A stretch of DNA of 64,000 nucleotides from Yuukianura sp. NJ FZ-2021. Taxonomy: Eukaryota. Positions 38,432 through 50,998 of this stretch are shown one piece after another. The position numbers and the translations under genes were made by a program. Location: the NCBI GenBank assembly GCA_046563655.1, contig CM102288.1, positions 5,394,001-5,458,000 on the forward strand. The letters are read 5' to 3'. The notes beneath the pieces were generated by a model. It ran no database searches. It saw only the letters and a program-made list of their open reading frames with translations, and was not told where the DNA came from. Within the stretch, counting starts at the first letter, position 1; each line of letters begins with the position of its first letter.

Positions 38432-41400
38432 TTAGAAAAACGTAGCAGTTATAACTGTAGCTACGGCCACTGCGACTGCCACTGTCGTAGAAAACGGAGG
38501 GTTGAAAGTGGCGATGGCACCGTCAGTGACGTTGGGACCTCGAAGAGTCACGTCCAGAGCGTCTTTGCTCTGACTGGACATAGCGTTCATCTGGTCCTCG
38601 GACATGGCCTGAGCTGAGAATTTTGGAATGAACGATGCTTGGTCTGGACTCAGTTCGCGTAGAGTGTCATCCGTCAAGGCTTCTGCTACAGTTGGACTCA
38701 CCCCTAACATAGTCAAATCAATTAATCGATTAATCAATCCTGAATCTTGTGAAAAATTGTACATACTAAAGTAAAAGATTTTTGCTACCTAGAAAAGCTT
38801 CCGGTGGAATTTTCTTGACGGATGCAGGGGCGAGTCCTTTCAACAAAATTCCGACTCCTCGTACCTGTTACATCAAAAAGAACATGAAACATGACACAGT
38901 GAAAACCGTGACCTTTTGACCTTACATCAGCGGCTGTCCAATTTGCCGGAAATCCGTAGACCTGTTCATGCGTTGCAATATTTGCCAGAGCTCTCAAATG
39001 AGTCAGCGGACAACTTGGTTCCAGTGAACGCAGAATCGGGAGACTGAGACTGCGCAGGAATAGAAAGTTTCAGAAATTTTGAAGCTAGGTTAAATTTTGT
39101 GAACATAGGTGTTTGAATGGATTAGCACCTAAATGATTCCGGAACAATCCGCATCAACGTATCAAGTTCAAATCCACAAAGAATGTTGCGCAGTATAATC
39201 AAGTCTCCGGCTTGGTAGTCCGATCGCTTCCGAATTGTCTGAACGCTTTCTGCCATCTTCCTTATCTAAACAACAAATCAAACAAAAAGCATTTAAAAAA
39301 AAATCAAATTCCAATAAGAAAAAACGACAAACTGGTTTGCAGTTTGCTAATTCAAAAAAACTGTTAACTGAAAAAACAGTCAAAAAACTGAAATTAATTT
39401 TAACTACTACTTTTTATACAGCGTATAACGAAATACGAATTCTTACGATTTCAGGAGAGAATCCGAGTGGCCTTCCGAATGCTGCCAGCACATCGTCGTC
39501 TGCAAAGTTGAGGTCATGGATTTGCCCTGGCTCAATTCCCCTCAAAATGTGACCAGCGCTGCGAAGTTGGTCGGCTGGAATATTTTGTACTTTGCCTCCA
39601 TTTGCTTCCACAAGTTTCTTCCAAAGCACTTTCTCCTCTTCCTGTCCAAGTTTGACCGAACCCAATTCATACAAACAGTTCTTGATGTCCTTCGCTTTCA
39701 GCGTCATCAGCGTCTCTGCGTCAAACTCCTTGGCGCTCCGGGCAAGTCTCAGAGCAAAGCAGCTTAGTCCTTTCTTATGCTTTCCATGAGCATGCGCCCG
39801 CTTTTTGCGTGTGATAATCTGTGACTCCAAGTCATTTAGATCCATTGCCCGTTCGGCCCGAACACGCTCAAAGATTTTCTTTGTGTCGTCTGCCTTTCCT
39901 AGCCGTTTTTCACATGCTCGATCCAGTGAAGCCTTGAGTTCTGCCAAGTGAGCTGGAGGCGGAGCGTCTGAAATGCAGGAGCATGTGACCAGCGATTCCT
40001 TATCGATGGACATGAGATCACTTTCTTCCAGAATCGGCAGTGCACAACACAGAGTCGTCACGGTAGCTGGATCCCACTGATTCGGTTTACCATAAGCCTC
40101 AAGGATCTTGTCTCTCCAGGCTTTTTTCTGGACAGAAGTGAGACATGGTCGATGTTTGAGACCGCCATCCTCTTCAGTCGTGCCTTGAATCATGTCCAGC
40201 GCCTGCTCAAAAGCGATTGGAGTCAATCGCTGGATGGCTTTTGGTGACAAGTCGGACACGGATTGACCAATCACGGCTAGTTCTGGAGTGTCATAGGCTG
40301 AGTGTTTTGTCATGGAATCGAGGGCGTCTAATCCTTGAAGAATAATTTCCTCTCGAGTTTTTTCCGGAATCATAGTTCTGTCTTTTGAAGACATTTCTCC
40401 CAGGGCGATCAAAAGTTCCTTCCGAACTAACGGCGGTAATTTACCGGTTTGTTTCCGGTCGACGAAGTATGACAATACGGAGGCGGGCAGTTTTGAAACC
40501 TCGGCTGCAGTAATGTACTTAAGCAGTTTCTTGTCTTCGGATTCGGTATCGTCGGCTTTGAGTCGGAGGTACTCGGCAAATCGTTTGGAAAGTGCTTTCA
40601 CCTGAAGAACATTCCAAAATTTCTTTTTCAAATTTTGAATAAGATTTTGAATTCTGAAAATTTTGAAAATATCTGTTACCGTCTGAGACTGCGGTCCGTC
40701 CTTTGAACGTCTAACGGCTGCCAAAATTCCAGGAATGAACTGGACGTCAATAGACTCAACTTGCTTTGGTGTCAGAGTGCCAACGAGACTTGGATCTCTG
40801 GAAAACAAAAAAAAAGAGAGTGAAACATCCGTACCGTTTTGGTTTAAGTTTTTACCGTTCCAGCGCTCCTGGCATAATCGGTTTTCCTTGTCCATGTGCC
40901 AATCGAAGTTCGTTGTCAGAAGGCAGACCATCCAACTCATCAACGTTCACGTCCATCCCTTTAACACGGGGACGTAAAAACGAAATTTCTGGCGGTATTC
41001 CCGTTCCGTCCAGCAAGTTCTCATCCCGAAGCTAAAAACAGAATGAAAATTACTTATTACGTTTTTTCAACGTTGTTGACGAAATACGCGGGAATATCCT
41101 TGTAGAGAATTGCATCTACATGTAAAAATGTTTCCATATGTTAAGTATCAATTACCTTCCGAAGTATGAGTGCCTTTTGCTCGTCGTCCAGTGCGCTGGG
41201 ATTCTCCCGGACTTTTTGAAGAAGGAAATTGAGTTGATGGTTGTCCATTTCCTGAATACCCTTCACTCCAATTCCTCCGACAAAGGCGCTTGGAAATCGT
41301 TCCATGTTGTATTTGTTCGTGTGGGCATAGGCCTTAAATCGTGCCGCTACGTACGAAGACAGTTGAGCAACCTAAGAAAGTATATACGCAAAAGCAATGT

Positions 41401-44201
41401 TACAGTGGTGACAAGGTCAAAACTTCAGATTACCTATAGCAATCACAGCTGAGGTGTCGTCGGTAAGCAATTATCGCGGGTTAGTTATGTTATGGGTTAT
41501 TTACCAGTCCCTTGAAGAAGGAATTGCCAAAGAGCCCTTCGCGTTTCGTTGAATTGCCGAACTTCCCAATCTCTTGAATCCTAGTTTCGTCGAATACGCC
41601 TGTTTCCATCGCTCGGCCAACGACCTCCGGCGGAGAGTTCTTGAGCACTTCAGCGGAAAGCGGGTAAAGGTCATTGGGTCCAAGGGCACTCACACTCTTC
41701 CCCTTGAACTGTGCCCGGAGGTACTTGGTCACGGCTTGGAGAGGAGCAGCTATCAAATATTTGTGCACCAAACAGCTGATTACATGCTATACACACTTCA
41801 ATTCAATTTATAAATTGATTCAATTTTAAACTTACGCAGATTCCACTTGTCAGATTGGGAAATGATAGAGTTAAGAAGTCCTGGATTGTTCGTAATGGCC
41901 GGATTGACGAAGGCTGCCAACTTTTCGAGCGCTGCAAAAATGCTGACCAGGTTGTTGGTGTTCCCTTGTAAGTTCCCTTCCGCATCTCGTGTAATTCCTT
42001 CCTTCTCCAAGTACAAATCCGTCACCGTCTTGGCTTGAAGTGGGTTGTCAAACTTCACCTAAAAGTAATTCTTGATTTAGTTTATAGAAATGTTAATTAA
42101 TTGGGTGAGTTTGAATTACCTCGTCACGAAGGTTGAGAAGAGTGTGATACACTTTGTCAGGAGAGAATTCCTTGAGAGCTGCTGCGGGGAGGAACTTGAG
42201 GTATCTGGAGGCCACCGTCCGAATCGTTTCAGTACTCCAATTCTGCGGCGCACCGTGCTGCGCCTCGAGCAATTTGTAAACGAGTGCCTTGTCGTCCGGT
42301 TCGTTTTGTTCTGGCTGTGTGGAAGCGTGGATACCGTAGAGACTGTCCAGTCTGGAATGCAAAAAATTGTTGGGTTAACGGGTCACCTATCTTTGGCTAG
42401 ATTAGTTAACCTAATTTTAGTTAGGTTATTTATGCTAGACAGCAGAAATCTCAGGTTGCCCCAATACCTACTGACCACCTATACCCATTGCTTTTTTGTC
42501 GTAGCCACGAAGCCGTTATGTTTTGGGGCAGCGTGAGATTCTTTTCACACAAATGACGTCATTTTTTTTATACCGGGAGTTTCACATTCCCGTTGTTTTC
42601 CCGCGGTATCATTTAAAGTGGAGAATCTAGAAAAATGTACAACGCCTTTAGAATTTAATTTAATTTAGAATGTGGTGTCTAGAATTTTTCAAATTCGTTT
42701 AAATGGCGGGAAAACGGAAGTGTATTCAAAACGCCCGCTACAAAAGTTGTAAGCTATTATTAGTAAAAATTTCAGTAAAATCCGAAATCGGAAAAATTTT
42801 TGTATTTGAAAAACCCCACTCTAAAAATTCAAAAAATGTTGGTCTCACATATTTTTGGCGGCATTGGAGTCGTTGACCTTCATCAGCTGTTCTTCAGGAA
42901 CGTATTTGAGAAGGTCAAACTTCTTGAGCTGATTGATCCTCTTCTCCGTAAGACCTCCAGCCTCTCCTATGCGATTCAGCGCTGAATAGAGCAGGACTCC
43001 TCCGGCTTCATTCGGAGTCGACTGCGGAGTCGCTGCACTCTGAAGTCGCTGACTCCCGAGTCGGTCGATCATGGTGGCCGTACTCACTTTGTTTTCTGTC
43101 ACTTCCAGCAGTCGTCCGAGGGCATGCGGTCGATTGAAGTTCAAGAAAACACTGACAACGGTGTCGATGACCGTGGAATTCATTTTGGCCAAGGCCTTGG
43201 AAGGAATGTACTCCAACAAAGTTACGTTCACTTCTCGCACGTCTTCTGCTGTTACGTTTGAATAGTCACCGGAAGCAATGGCCTCTTTGATTCTTGGCGG
43301 CAAATTCTTGGCCTCCATGTACAACTTCCGAAGTCTCCGCATGTAGACGGCTTTAGACATAAAAATTTCAAAATTTTGAAAGATTTTCAGAATATAAATA
43401 TCTCGGGAGAAGTTTTAGAGATTTGCAAAAACTTTCAACAGATTTTTAGAAAGTTTCAACGACTTGCTGAAACTCTAGAAAAGTTTCTTTGCAAAAACTT
43501 TCGGAGGATTTTCACCAAACTCTCAAATAAGACTTGCAAAAACTTTCAAAAGATTTCAACTTCAAAGATTTGCAAAAACGTTCAACAGATTTTCACAAAC
43601 GTTCAAAGATTTCATAAACTTTCAGAGCTTTAAAGTAAACCTTTCAAAATATTTCCGCCGAGTTTGAAAAATTGAAAAAAATTTCAACGGATTTTCAAAA
43701 AGTTGTAAAAAATTAAAACCGTTAGAAAATTAAAAGTTTTTCACCTCCAAATTTAAATTCCGTGTCAATGTCCGCTGACGTTTCCCGTTTCCATCTAGGC
43801 CGAATCTACCAAAAGGAAATCAAAAATTCATAAAATTCCAAAACAATCAAAAGTTTTGAATTTCATCAAACTTGTCAGTTTTCTCCACTTTTTTTAAAAA
43901 ACATTTTTAACACCTTACCTCGATGTTCTGATTTGACGGATAAGGGCGGACGTCAGGAACTGCATTAGGAATGATTTCTTCGTCGACATACAAGTAACCA
44001 GAATCCGCATCAAAATCGTTGTTAGGAACCGAATTTCCAAAAATCGGCAAAAGTAGCAAAAAACCTTAAACACAGTTTAAAAAATGTTTTTGAAAAAGTT
44101 GCTTTCTAACAAATTTTTCAGAAATAGAACATTTTTTTTATAAAAATTGTGTACAAGAATTTTGAAACTATTGGATTACCTATAATTCCGTATGGTGTCA
44201 T
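38432..44201 (-). CDS. Secreted, probably GPI-anchored otoancorin/stereocilin/mesothelin-like helical repeat protein, multi-exon
   Basis: ATG 44201, signal peptide MTPYGII|GFLLLLPIFGNS. Repeated G-x-P-x-x-W motifs (HGAPQNWS, YGKPNQWD, YGFPANWT) and Leu-rich short helical repeats (LSPKAIQRLTP, LSPDQ). Small-residue spacer plus hydrophobic C-terminus (VAVAVAVATVITATFF*). Family assignment is by motif recall. Confidence 0.7.
42567..42746. mobile_element. Degenerate MITE in an intron of the otoancorin-like gene
   Basis: Imperfect inverted arms GTTTTCCCGC..ATTTAAA / TTTAAATGGCGGGAAAAC with internal TCTAGA pairs. Confidence 0.45.
43370..43740. repeat. Degenerate AT-rich tandem repeat filling an intron
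   Basis: Recurrent AGATTTGCAAAAACTTTCAA / TTCAAAGATTT units. Confidence 0.55.
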
Positions 44202-45040
44202 TCTTTGTCGCTTGACCTTTTAAACCGTTCTGCTTCCAAAAAATTGCGAAACTGTTTCAAACCATTGTTATTTTTGTTTGTTCCACTTTTGTTGACAATT
44301 CGCACTGAAATTCAAAGGTTTTTTATGTTGGCCCACCTTGTTCTCCCTCCAAATAAGTTCTGGAAGGGAGTTCACTCTTCCCTTAACAACATCAACGTAC
44401 ACAAGAACAGAAAATCGATGAAGATTTTGCAGACTCTGCTTCGCACTTCGCCGGCGCTGAAAGCGTCATCTCCTCTTTCGCGAAAAAACGAACAAAAAAA
44501 AAAACTAAAAAAAAACAATTTTTGCAGAAAGCGTCTTGCGTCGTTTGATTCTAATGTAAAAACACAGCTAAAGTGTTATGAAAACTCACAAGAGATTGTT
44601 TCGTTTTTAAAAACAGTTCAAAAATTGGATCTGTTAGTTTGTTGAAAAAGAGCAAGGACAAATTAATTGTACTAAATTGAATAGAATCTGCTAACCTTAA
44701 ACTTCTGAGAGTTTCAAGGAAAAGTATTCCGGAAGATGCAAGGAATGAAACAATTTGTGCAGAAACTTCAAAATATCTCCACAGAACAAATTAGAGACAA
44801 GAAAAACTAAAAAACACAAACAAAAACGGTGGAAATAGACACAAAACAAGTATACGAAAAATCTTTGAACTGGAACATTTGATGAGCAGAGGAAAGCAGG
44901 CGTAACGAAAACAGAAAACTACAAACAGGCTCTTGCGCTAGTGCAAAATGTGATATTGAATGGTGTGAAATAATGAAATCTAACCAGAGTTATTTAAAAT
45001 TAAAATTGTTTTATTTCAATTTTGAGTCAATTATAATTAT

Positions 45041-45541
45041 TTATGGCTCCATGTAAATACCACGCTTCATATGGGTTTCAATCCACTTGCAAAATTCGTC
45101 AACGCTGATTTTTCCATTTTTGTTTGCATCAGCTTCTTCAAGAAAAGTTTCATAGGCAACATCAGCAAATCCAGGTTCGAGAGCCACATTGTAGTTTTTG
45201 AAATCTTCAAATTCTTCTTTGGAGATAAATCCATTCCGATTTTGATCAAAACAAACTGATCGCAGTTTGACTAATTCCACAATGTCATGAAGGACTTGAT
45301 TGGTTTTGTTGTATTCCGAGAGTGGTATGAATCCACCATAATTCTTGTCCCAGTAATGCTTGAACTCATCCTTGTGTTCCTGTATACGATGATATCCAAT
45401 GTAGTCACACCAAGGATAAACAAAATCTGAACTGACGTAACCTTCTCCATCTTTTTCATGGAATGAAGCCATCCCTCGAAAATCCTCTTCCAACTTTTTC
45501 AAATTTTCTGCCGTGTACGGTTTTCTAATATTGTATGACAT
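45041..45541 (-). CDS. Intronless calmodulin-like EF-hand protein (166 aa)
   Basis: Canonical loops DQNRNGFISKEE and DANKNGKISVDE; two degenerate N-lobe loops (EKDGEGYVSSD, DKNYGGFIPLSE); AAAATG start context; AATAAA ~25 nt after the stop. Confidence 0.88.
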   Translation of the reverse strand: MSYNIRKPYTAENLKKLEEDFRGMASFHEKDGEGYVSSDFVYPWCDYIGYHRIQEHKDEFKHYWDKNYGGFIPLSEYNKTNQVLHDIVELVKLRSVCFDQNRNGFISKEEFEDFKNYNVALEPGFADVAYETFLEEADANKNGKISVDEFCKWIETHMKRGIYMEP

Positions 45542-45642
45542 TTTCCAAATATTTAGAAAACCCGCCTCAATTTAACAAAATAGTAGAGTTCAGTGTTAAC
45601 AACTGAAATAAAACTGAATAGCGTAGTGTTTTGGAGCTCACC

Positions 45643-46272
45643 GGTTGGAGAGTAGATCCGCAGTCTGTTTTTCTTAGTCGTTTTTTCGACATGGACATGC
45701 TCCATGATAACCGAAAAAATGACCTATACAAAAGTTGTTCCTCTTGAAAAGATAAGCAACTTTTACGGGAACCATTTTTCTCTGTGACCTTTCCTTGAGG
45801 TCACAGGTCAAGGTCAAAAGGGGTGTTCCCTGACAACCCACAAAATGGTCCCTACAAAAGTTGTTCCTCTCCTCAAAAGCTACAACTCTCATTAAGACCA
45901 TTTTCGTCTGTGACCCATTCTTCGGGTCAAAGGTCAAGGTCAACTAAGAATCTCCTGACAATCGAAAAAATGACCTCTACAAAAGTTGATCAGTTCAATG
46001 AGTAGATCATTTTTTGTCCTATGACCTATGGTCCTGTGACGGCTCCCTGAGGCTATAAGTTAGGTTTTTTTAAACCTCGAATCCAGGAGACGTACCTTCA
46101 CCTTGAGATGACACGTCAGGGAGTCGTCACAGGGTCATAGGTCATATGACAAAAAATGATCTACGCATTGAACTGATCAACTTTTGTATAGGTCATTTTT
46201 TCGGTTATCATGGAGCATGTCCATGTCGAAAAAACGACTAAGAAAAACAGACTGCGGATCTACTCTCCAACC
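45643..46272. mobile_element. Mutator-like MITE with ~95 bp near-perfect TIRs and 9-bp TSD
   Basis: GGTTGGAGAGTAGATCCGCAGTC... / ...GACTGCGGATCTACTCTCCAACC; flanks GAGCTCACC (45634-45642) / GAGCTCATC (46273-46281); internal tandem subrepeats containing AAAATGACCT.TACAAAAGTTG. Confidence 0.9.
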
Positions 46273-46283
46273 GAGCTCATCTC

Positions 46284-46290
46284 TTTTATA
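46284..46290 (-). promoter_or_regulatory. Candidate TATA box of the EF-hand gene, displaced by the MITE
   Basis: TATAAAA on the minus strand immediately outside the MITE; Inr-like TCAGTT at 45617-45612 on the other side. Confidence 0.45.
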
Positions 46291-46968
46291 GCATGCGATA
46301 TAATTCTCAAAACCGCAGGTTATTCCGTTAACCGGTTAATAACCTTTGGTTAATCGGCTAATTAACCACAGAACTTGTAATTAAGAACAACTTTGTAATA
46401 TTATTCATAACAGCTCAAACAAACCAAAACCAAATATCAAAGGCGAAGATAGTTTTATTTTACTTGACCCAAATAAAAGTCATTGACGTGGCAAAACAAA
46501 ACCCAGCGCGCGTTTGAGAATCGCAGGTCAAAGTTCAGAATCCAATTTTGCTTTCTGTGGTCATCCGAGTTATCTCAGTTTTATTCGTCTCCTCGCATCC
46601 TTTTTATGGGGTGAAGTAAGGTTCACTGAGAGCTACTGTAGCCTATGATCATTTCGGGTGGCTACATGGCTACGATGGGCGGCTAATCTTGTGCAACTTA
46701 CATATGTAGTAAGCTGCCAGTGGAGCATTTAGCTTTGTAGCCACCATATTGTAGTCGCACATGCTAAGCTAAATAATAATGGCAACACCCTTAGAAAATT
46801 AGATCACAAGATACAACCTAACCCAACCAACACCCTATTACTTTTACTACTTTCATTCCCAGTGTTTCCAGCATTAAAGAAATATTTAGCTTATGCTGGG
46901 ACAACACTTCCCACTGGCTTGGCCGCTACAAATGTAGCCATGCAGTTACAGCCACCATCCATTGTAGT

Positions 46969-47365
46969 CAGTGTTGGTGGATATCCACTTTTTCGACATT
47001 TCATCCACGGCTGGATATCCAGTGGAAGAAATGGACGAAATGGATGAATCCAAAGGGGCGGAGCTTTGCCCTCTGAATTTGAATTAATTGACTACAAACA
47101 ACTAAAAAAGTGAAAACACAGTTCAAAAACTATGTATATATGTTTTTAAATACGTTTTAAATAATATATTAACTATAATCGCGAAAGTAAAGCTTTCTGA
47201 TATCATTTCGTAAATTTAAATTTGAATTTGATTTGAATTTCGCGCAAAATTTGTGATTTCTTCCATCCACTTTTAGTTTCGTCCATTTGGGGTGCGTTTC
47301 TTCCAGTGGATATCCACTGGAAGTGGCAATTAAGCCACTGGACGTTTAAGCGTCCACCAACACTG
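46969..47365. mobile_element. Intact hAT-type MITE with 13-bp TIR and 8-bp TSD, upstream of NAA60
   Basis: CAGTGTTGGTGGA ... TCCACCAACACTG; TSD ATTGTAGT at 46961-46968 and 47366-47373; nested within a TGTAGCC-family repeat. Confidence 0.9.
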
Positions 47366-47651
47366 ATTGTAGTCGTAAGCCTGCAAGGCAACCAAAGTCT
47401 ACCTTTGTGAGTGACTACAGTGGCATTCGGTAAGCCTTACCTCAACCAATTTATTTGCTAAACGATGGGAGCGGTCAGCTGATGAAGCTAGGTTATTGTA
47501 AACTCTGCTTCACAAACGTGAGTGAATCTGTAATTTTATCAAGTTAATTAATTGACATTTGCAACAAGGAATTAATACACGACCAACTAACACAAAATCA
47601 TCAAGATCAGCATGCATCGACAATCAAACGGGAGTAACTCGGATAAAGAGG

Positions 47652-49248
47652 ATGAGTAATTCCTTTGAAGTACAGTATCCTACCAGTAGAAATTATTCAA
47701 CTCATAATGGCGCATTTCTGAAGGTAATTCTATTCAGAGCTTCTCTTTTAGCTTTTTCGTTAGTAGTTTACCTAATTTTATGATTTTGTATTGCAGAAAC
47801 TCGAGTCGTTACCGGAAGAACCGTTCAATTGTAGTGATACCAGTCCTAGTCAACCTCTACCACCCAATTCAATGTCATCCAACTTTACGTTCTACTCTCA
47901 AATTAACTCTAAGGAGCCACTTTCCCAGTACGACTGTGCATCTCCTCTCCTACAATGTGACGAACAGGAAGTCAATTCCGAACACCCGTATCCCTCTAAG
48001 CAGTTCCTCGCCAATCCTCAAGTTCAACTTCGCTTTCTCAATCCAAACGATTATGAGCGGGTCAAAGGGTTATGCGAAGAGTGGTTTCCAGTCGAGTATC
48101 CAGAAACTTGGTTCCAAGCCATAACATCTGATCCTACCTTCTACTCACTTGCAGCTGTACTGAATGGACAAATCATAGGTGAGAAACACATTCCTACATT
48201 TTAGAATGCTACGCACATAACAGTGATTGCATGATGCAGTATTCCAATTCATAGAGTTTTTGTTATTTTTTAGGTTTGATCGTCTCCGAACTTCGACCTG
48301 GGCATCACTTAGGCTCTGAAGATCGTGATTTACTGGACAACTCACAGTTGAAAAAGTACAGTGTCGCCTATATTCTAAGTTTGGGCGTGGTTCACTCTCA
48401 GAGGTACTAAGGATAAGGAATCCATTTTTTGACATCAACCGCTAGTTTGGGTTAATTCTAATAAATGGTTTGCTTTATCATGAACTTTTCAGACGGAACG
48501 GAATTGCTTCCCTGTTGCTCTCTAGCCTTCTCAATCATTTGTCTACACTTCAAGTGAAGGCCGTTTATCTCCACGTTCTCACCTCCAATGAACCCGGTAA
48601 ACAATGCTAACGATTAATACCGGGTATCTGCAGCTCTCCTACAGATTTTCCACGCCTATCATTCCAGTAGTAGTGGAATTTGTACTGTATTCTTTCTTAT
48701 TTCAGCTATACGCTTCTATGAGAAACACAAATTTCGGTAAGCATATACCACTAAACCAACGAATTCGGTTAAGAAACGTCCGCGGATCCCAAATTTTAAC
48801 GTCTTGAGTATTGTTTTTTTTTTACAGAGTTCACAAGTTTCTTCCGTATTACTACTGCATTGGAGGGAGGGGACTGGACGGATTTACGTATGTTTTGTAC
48901 ATGAATCGAGGTGAGCTTCATTTGAAATGCTCGGTTAGGAATTTATGCGAAGTTACATGTCGTGGAACGTAAGTTGACTTTGACGGATTCAGATTCCATG
49001 GGTCTCTACTTTTATAATTACAGGTCACGGTCCTTGGGGCATTCACGATTACGTTCATTACTTCTGTCAGGTGAGGTCACCTTGTGTCGCTTTCCCATTT
49101 TTCACGATATTTTGTCTGCTCCAATTTCAAATCGTTGCTTTGTTTGCATCCCATGCAGTTGACAGTAGCCGAGGTTTGTTCCTGGCCGACTTGGTGTATG
49201 ACTCAAGCTCGTAGACTTGCCCAGTCTGTGATTACTCTTATTAGGTAA
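47652..49248 (+). CDS. NAA60: N-alpha-acetyltransferase 60 (NatF), ~8 exons
   Basis: VQLRFLNPND..VKGLCEEWFPVEYPETWFQAITS, VAYILSLGV, R|RNGIASLLL, KAVYLHVLTSNEPAIRFYE, FLPYYY, DGFTYVLYMNRGHGPW. Start codon (47652 vs 47871) and last exon are uncertain. Confidence 0.93.
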
Positions 49249-50998
49249 AAAAAAACTGTAATCAGTCTACCACAACCTATTCGTTATTAGTTACCGAGCT
49301 AATATGACATAGACATAACTGTAACTGCAATTTAATCGAATACGCCTCCGGTTTTAACATTTCCATCGATCTCTCTGAGTTTATACCAACCGTAATTTTC
49401 ATTCTTTTGAACTAAAATTAACTAAACTAAAATCCTTCCTGAACGTTAGTTGTTCTTTATGAGCGTGCACCAGCACAACGTTACTTCTTCATTTCATTTT
49501 TAAAATGAAATTATCGAGGGGAGATTTTAGTCAAGTAGAACGGCAGCTAATCTTAGATTTTAAAAAAAAGTATCAACCCTTTCCCTACAGTTTATGCTTG
49601 CAAGGGAAGTTGAAAACTTAGCATTGATTATTGAGTACTAATTAACTATAACTCAGATTAGTTAAGGAAAGCCAAACTGTTTGAATCGAACTTTAACTAG
49701 ACCAAGCGTGTTCATGACTTGAACCGGATTGTACCGCACCATAAATCGTACCCGTGAATAGTTACATCCTCGCATATAACTGGTTAGTGTTAAGTCTAAA
49801 CACAACTATTATTGAATAGTTTGAAGGGATAAGTTATTTAAGAAACCCCACTTTGTTTTAAAGCGCCAAGTGGCTTGGAAAAACTCGTTTAGCGTTTGAC
49901 TAAACGTCAATAAAAGACGATAGGCGTTCTTTGGCGTAACTTTTGGGATGAACTTGGACTCATGATTTTATCTTTATGGTTTTTCAGATTTGCATTTAAA
50001 TTAATGGCGTGAGTGTAAAAGTGCTGACGCAGTGGCATCTTTTCGTGTAAGGCAGCAGTAGTGTTCACTGGACACTGCTGCTAGAAAATGAGAATGGCTT
50101 TCGGTTTTGAATGAATGAGTGGCTGTGAAAGTGCAAAGTGGTTTGTTTAGTCTAATGTAATTGTGCTTAATTTTAACGACTTCATTATTGTGAGTTGTTA
50201 AAGAACTGCGGCTATTGTGAATGATGACCTAAGCCCCTAAGCGTCACGTTTTCGCTTCAAGTCCAGCACCATATTGCCATCCAATCATGCAGGGACGAAT
50301 CTTCCAAGGCGTGAAACGTGAGAGCATGCAACACAAGCAAAGTGGGTGATCAGTTAGTAGAGTTCTTCCTAATACAATTACAATTACGCTCGAGTGATTG
50401 CGATACGCAGAAGCACTCATTTTGTGTGTCGAGTTCCAACTTAATTATCTTCGGCAATTACTTCGTAATTACTCTGTAGAATTAAGGGACTGGATTTGTG
50501 GCAGTAGTGGTGTTGTGTGACACTCATTCAGTTGCTGGTGATTGCCGGAACGGGTGACGCGTACACTGAGGCGACGACTTACGTGACAGCATCTTTGCTC
50601 ACCTTTAATACACTACGGTACAAGGCGGAAAGTTTTCTCATTGGAATCCAAATCCAACTTAAAGAGACTAACAGCAAAAACTCCAAGGTCATTGGGAAGG
50701 TCACCCGCCGGCTAAAGCCAAAACGGGTACTAGGCATCAACTCCTAGTGAGTCGAATCCAAGACGACTGGAAGCAACGCATGTGCTGGATGACCGTGGGG
50801 CAGTTCGAGTGCCGAAGAAATCACAAAACCAAAAAGGTCACGTATTTTTACGAGTCTTAAATTAGAACTCTTGTGAAATATTCTCCCGTCTCTCTGCTGG
50901 ATTTCTGCTGTCAAGTGAAGAACCTAGGCCACGTCGAGAGAGAGTTGACGGAAAAGCTCTGAGAGTGTAGTAACAGCTGATAGAAGATATTAGAAGAG

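Noticed and set aside
40602..40679. In-frame stop-free intron in the otoancorin-like gene
   Set aside because: Typical AT-rich intron with strong splice sites; the open frame is plausibly chance.
50051..50082. Short hairpin GCAGCAGTAGTGTTCACTGGACACTGCTGC downstream of NAA60
   Set aside because: Too short for a pre-miRNA, and no supporting motif (for example SECIS or histone stem-loop).
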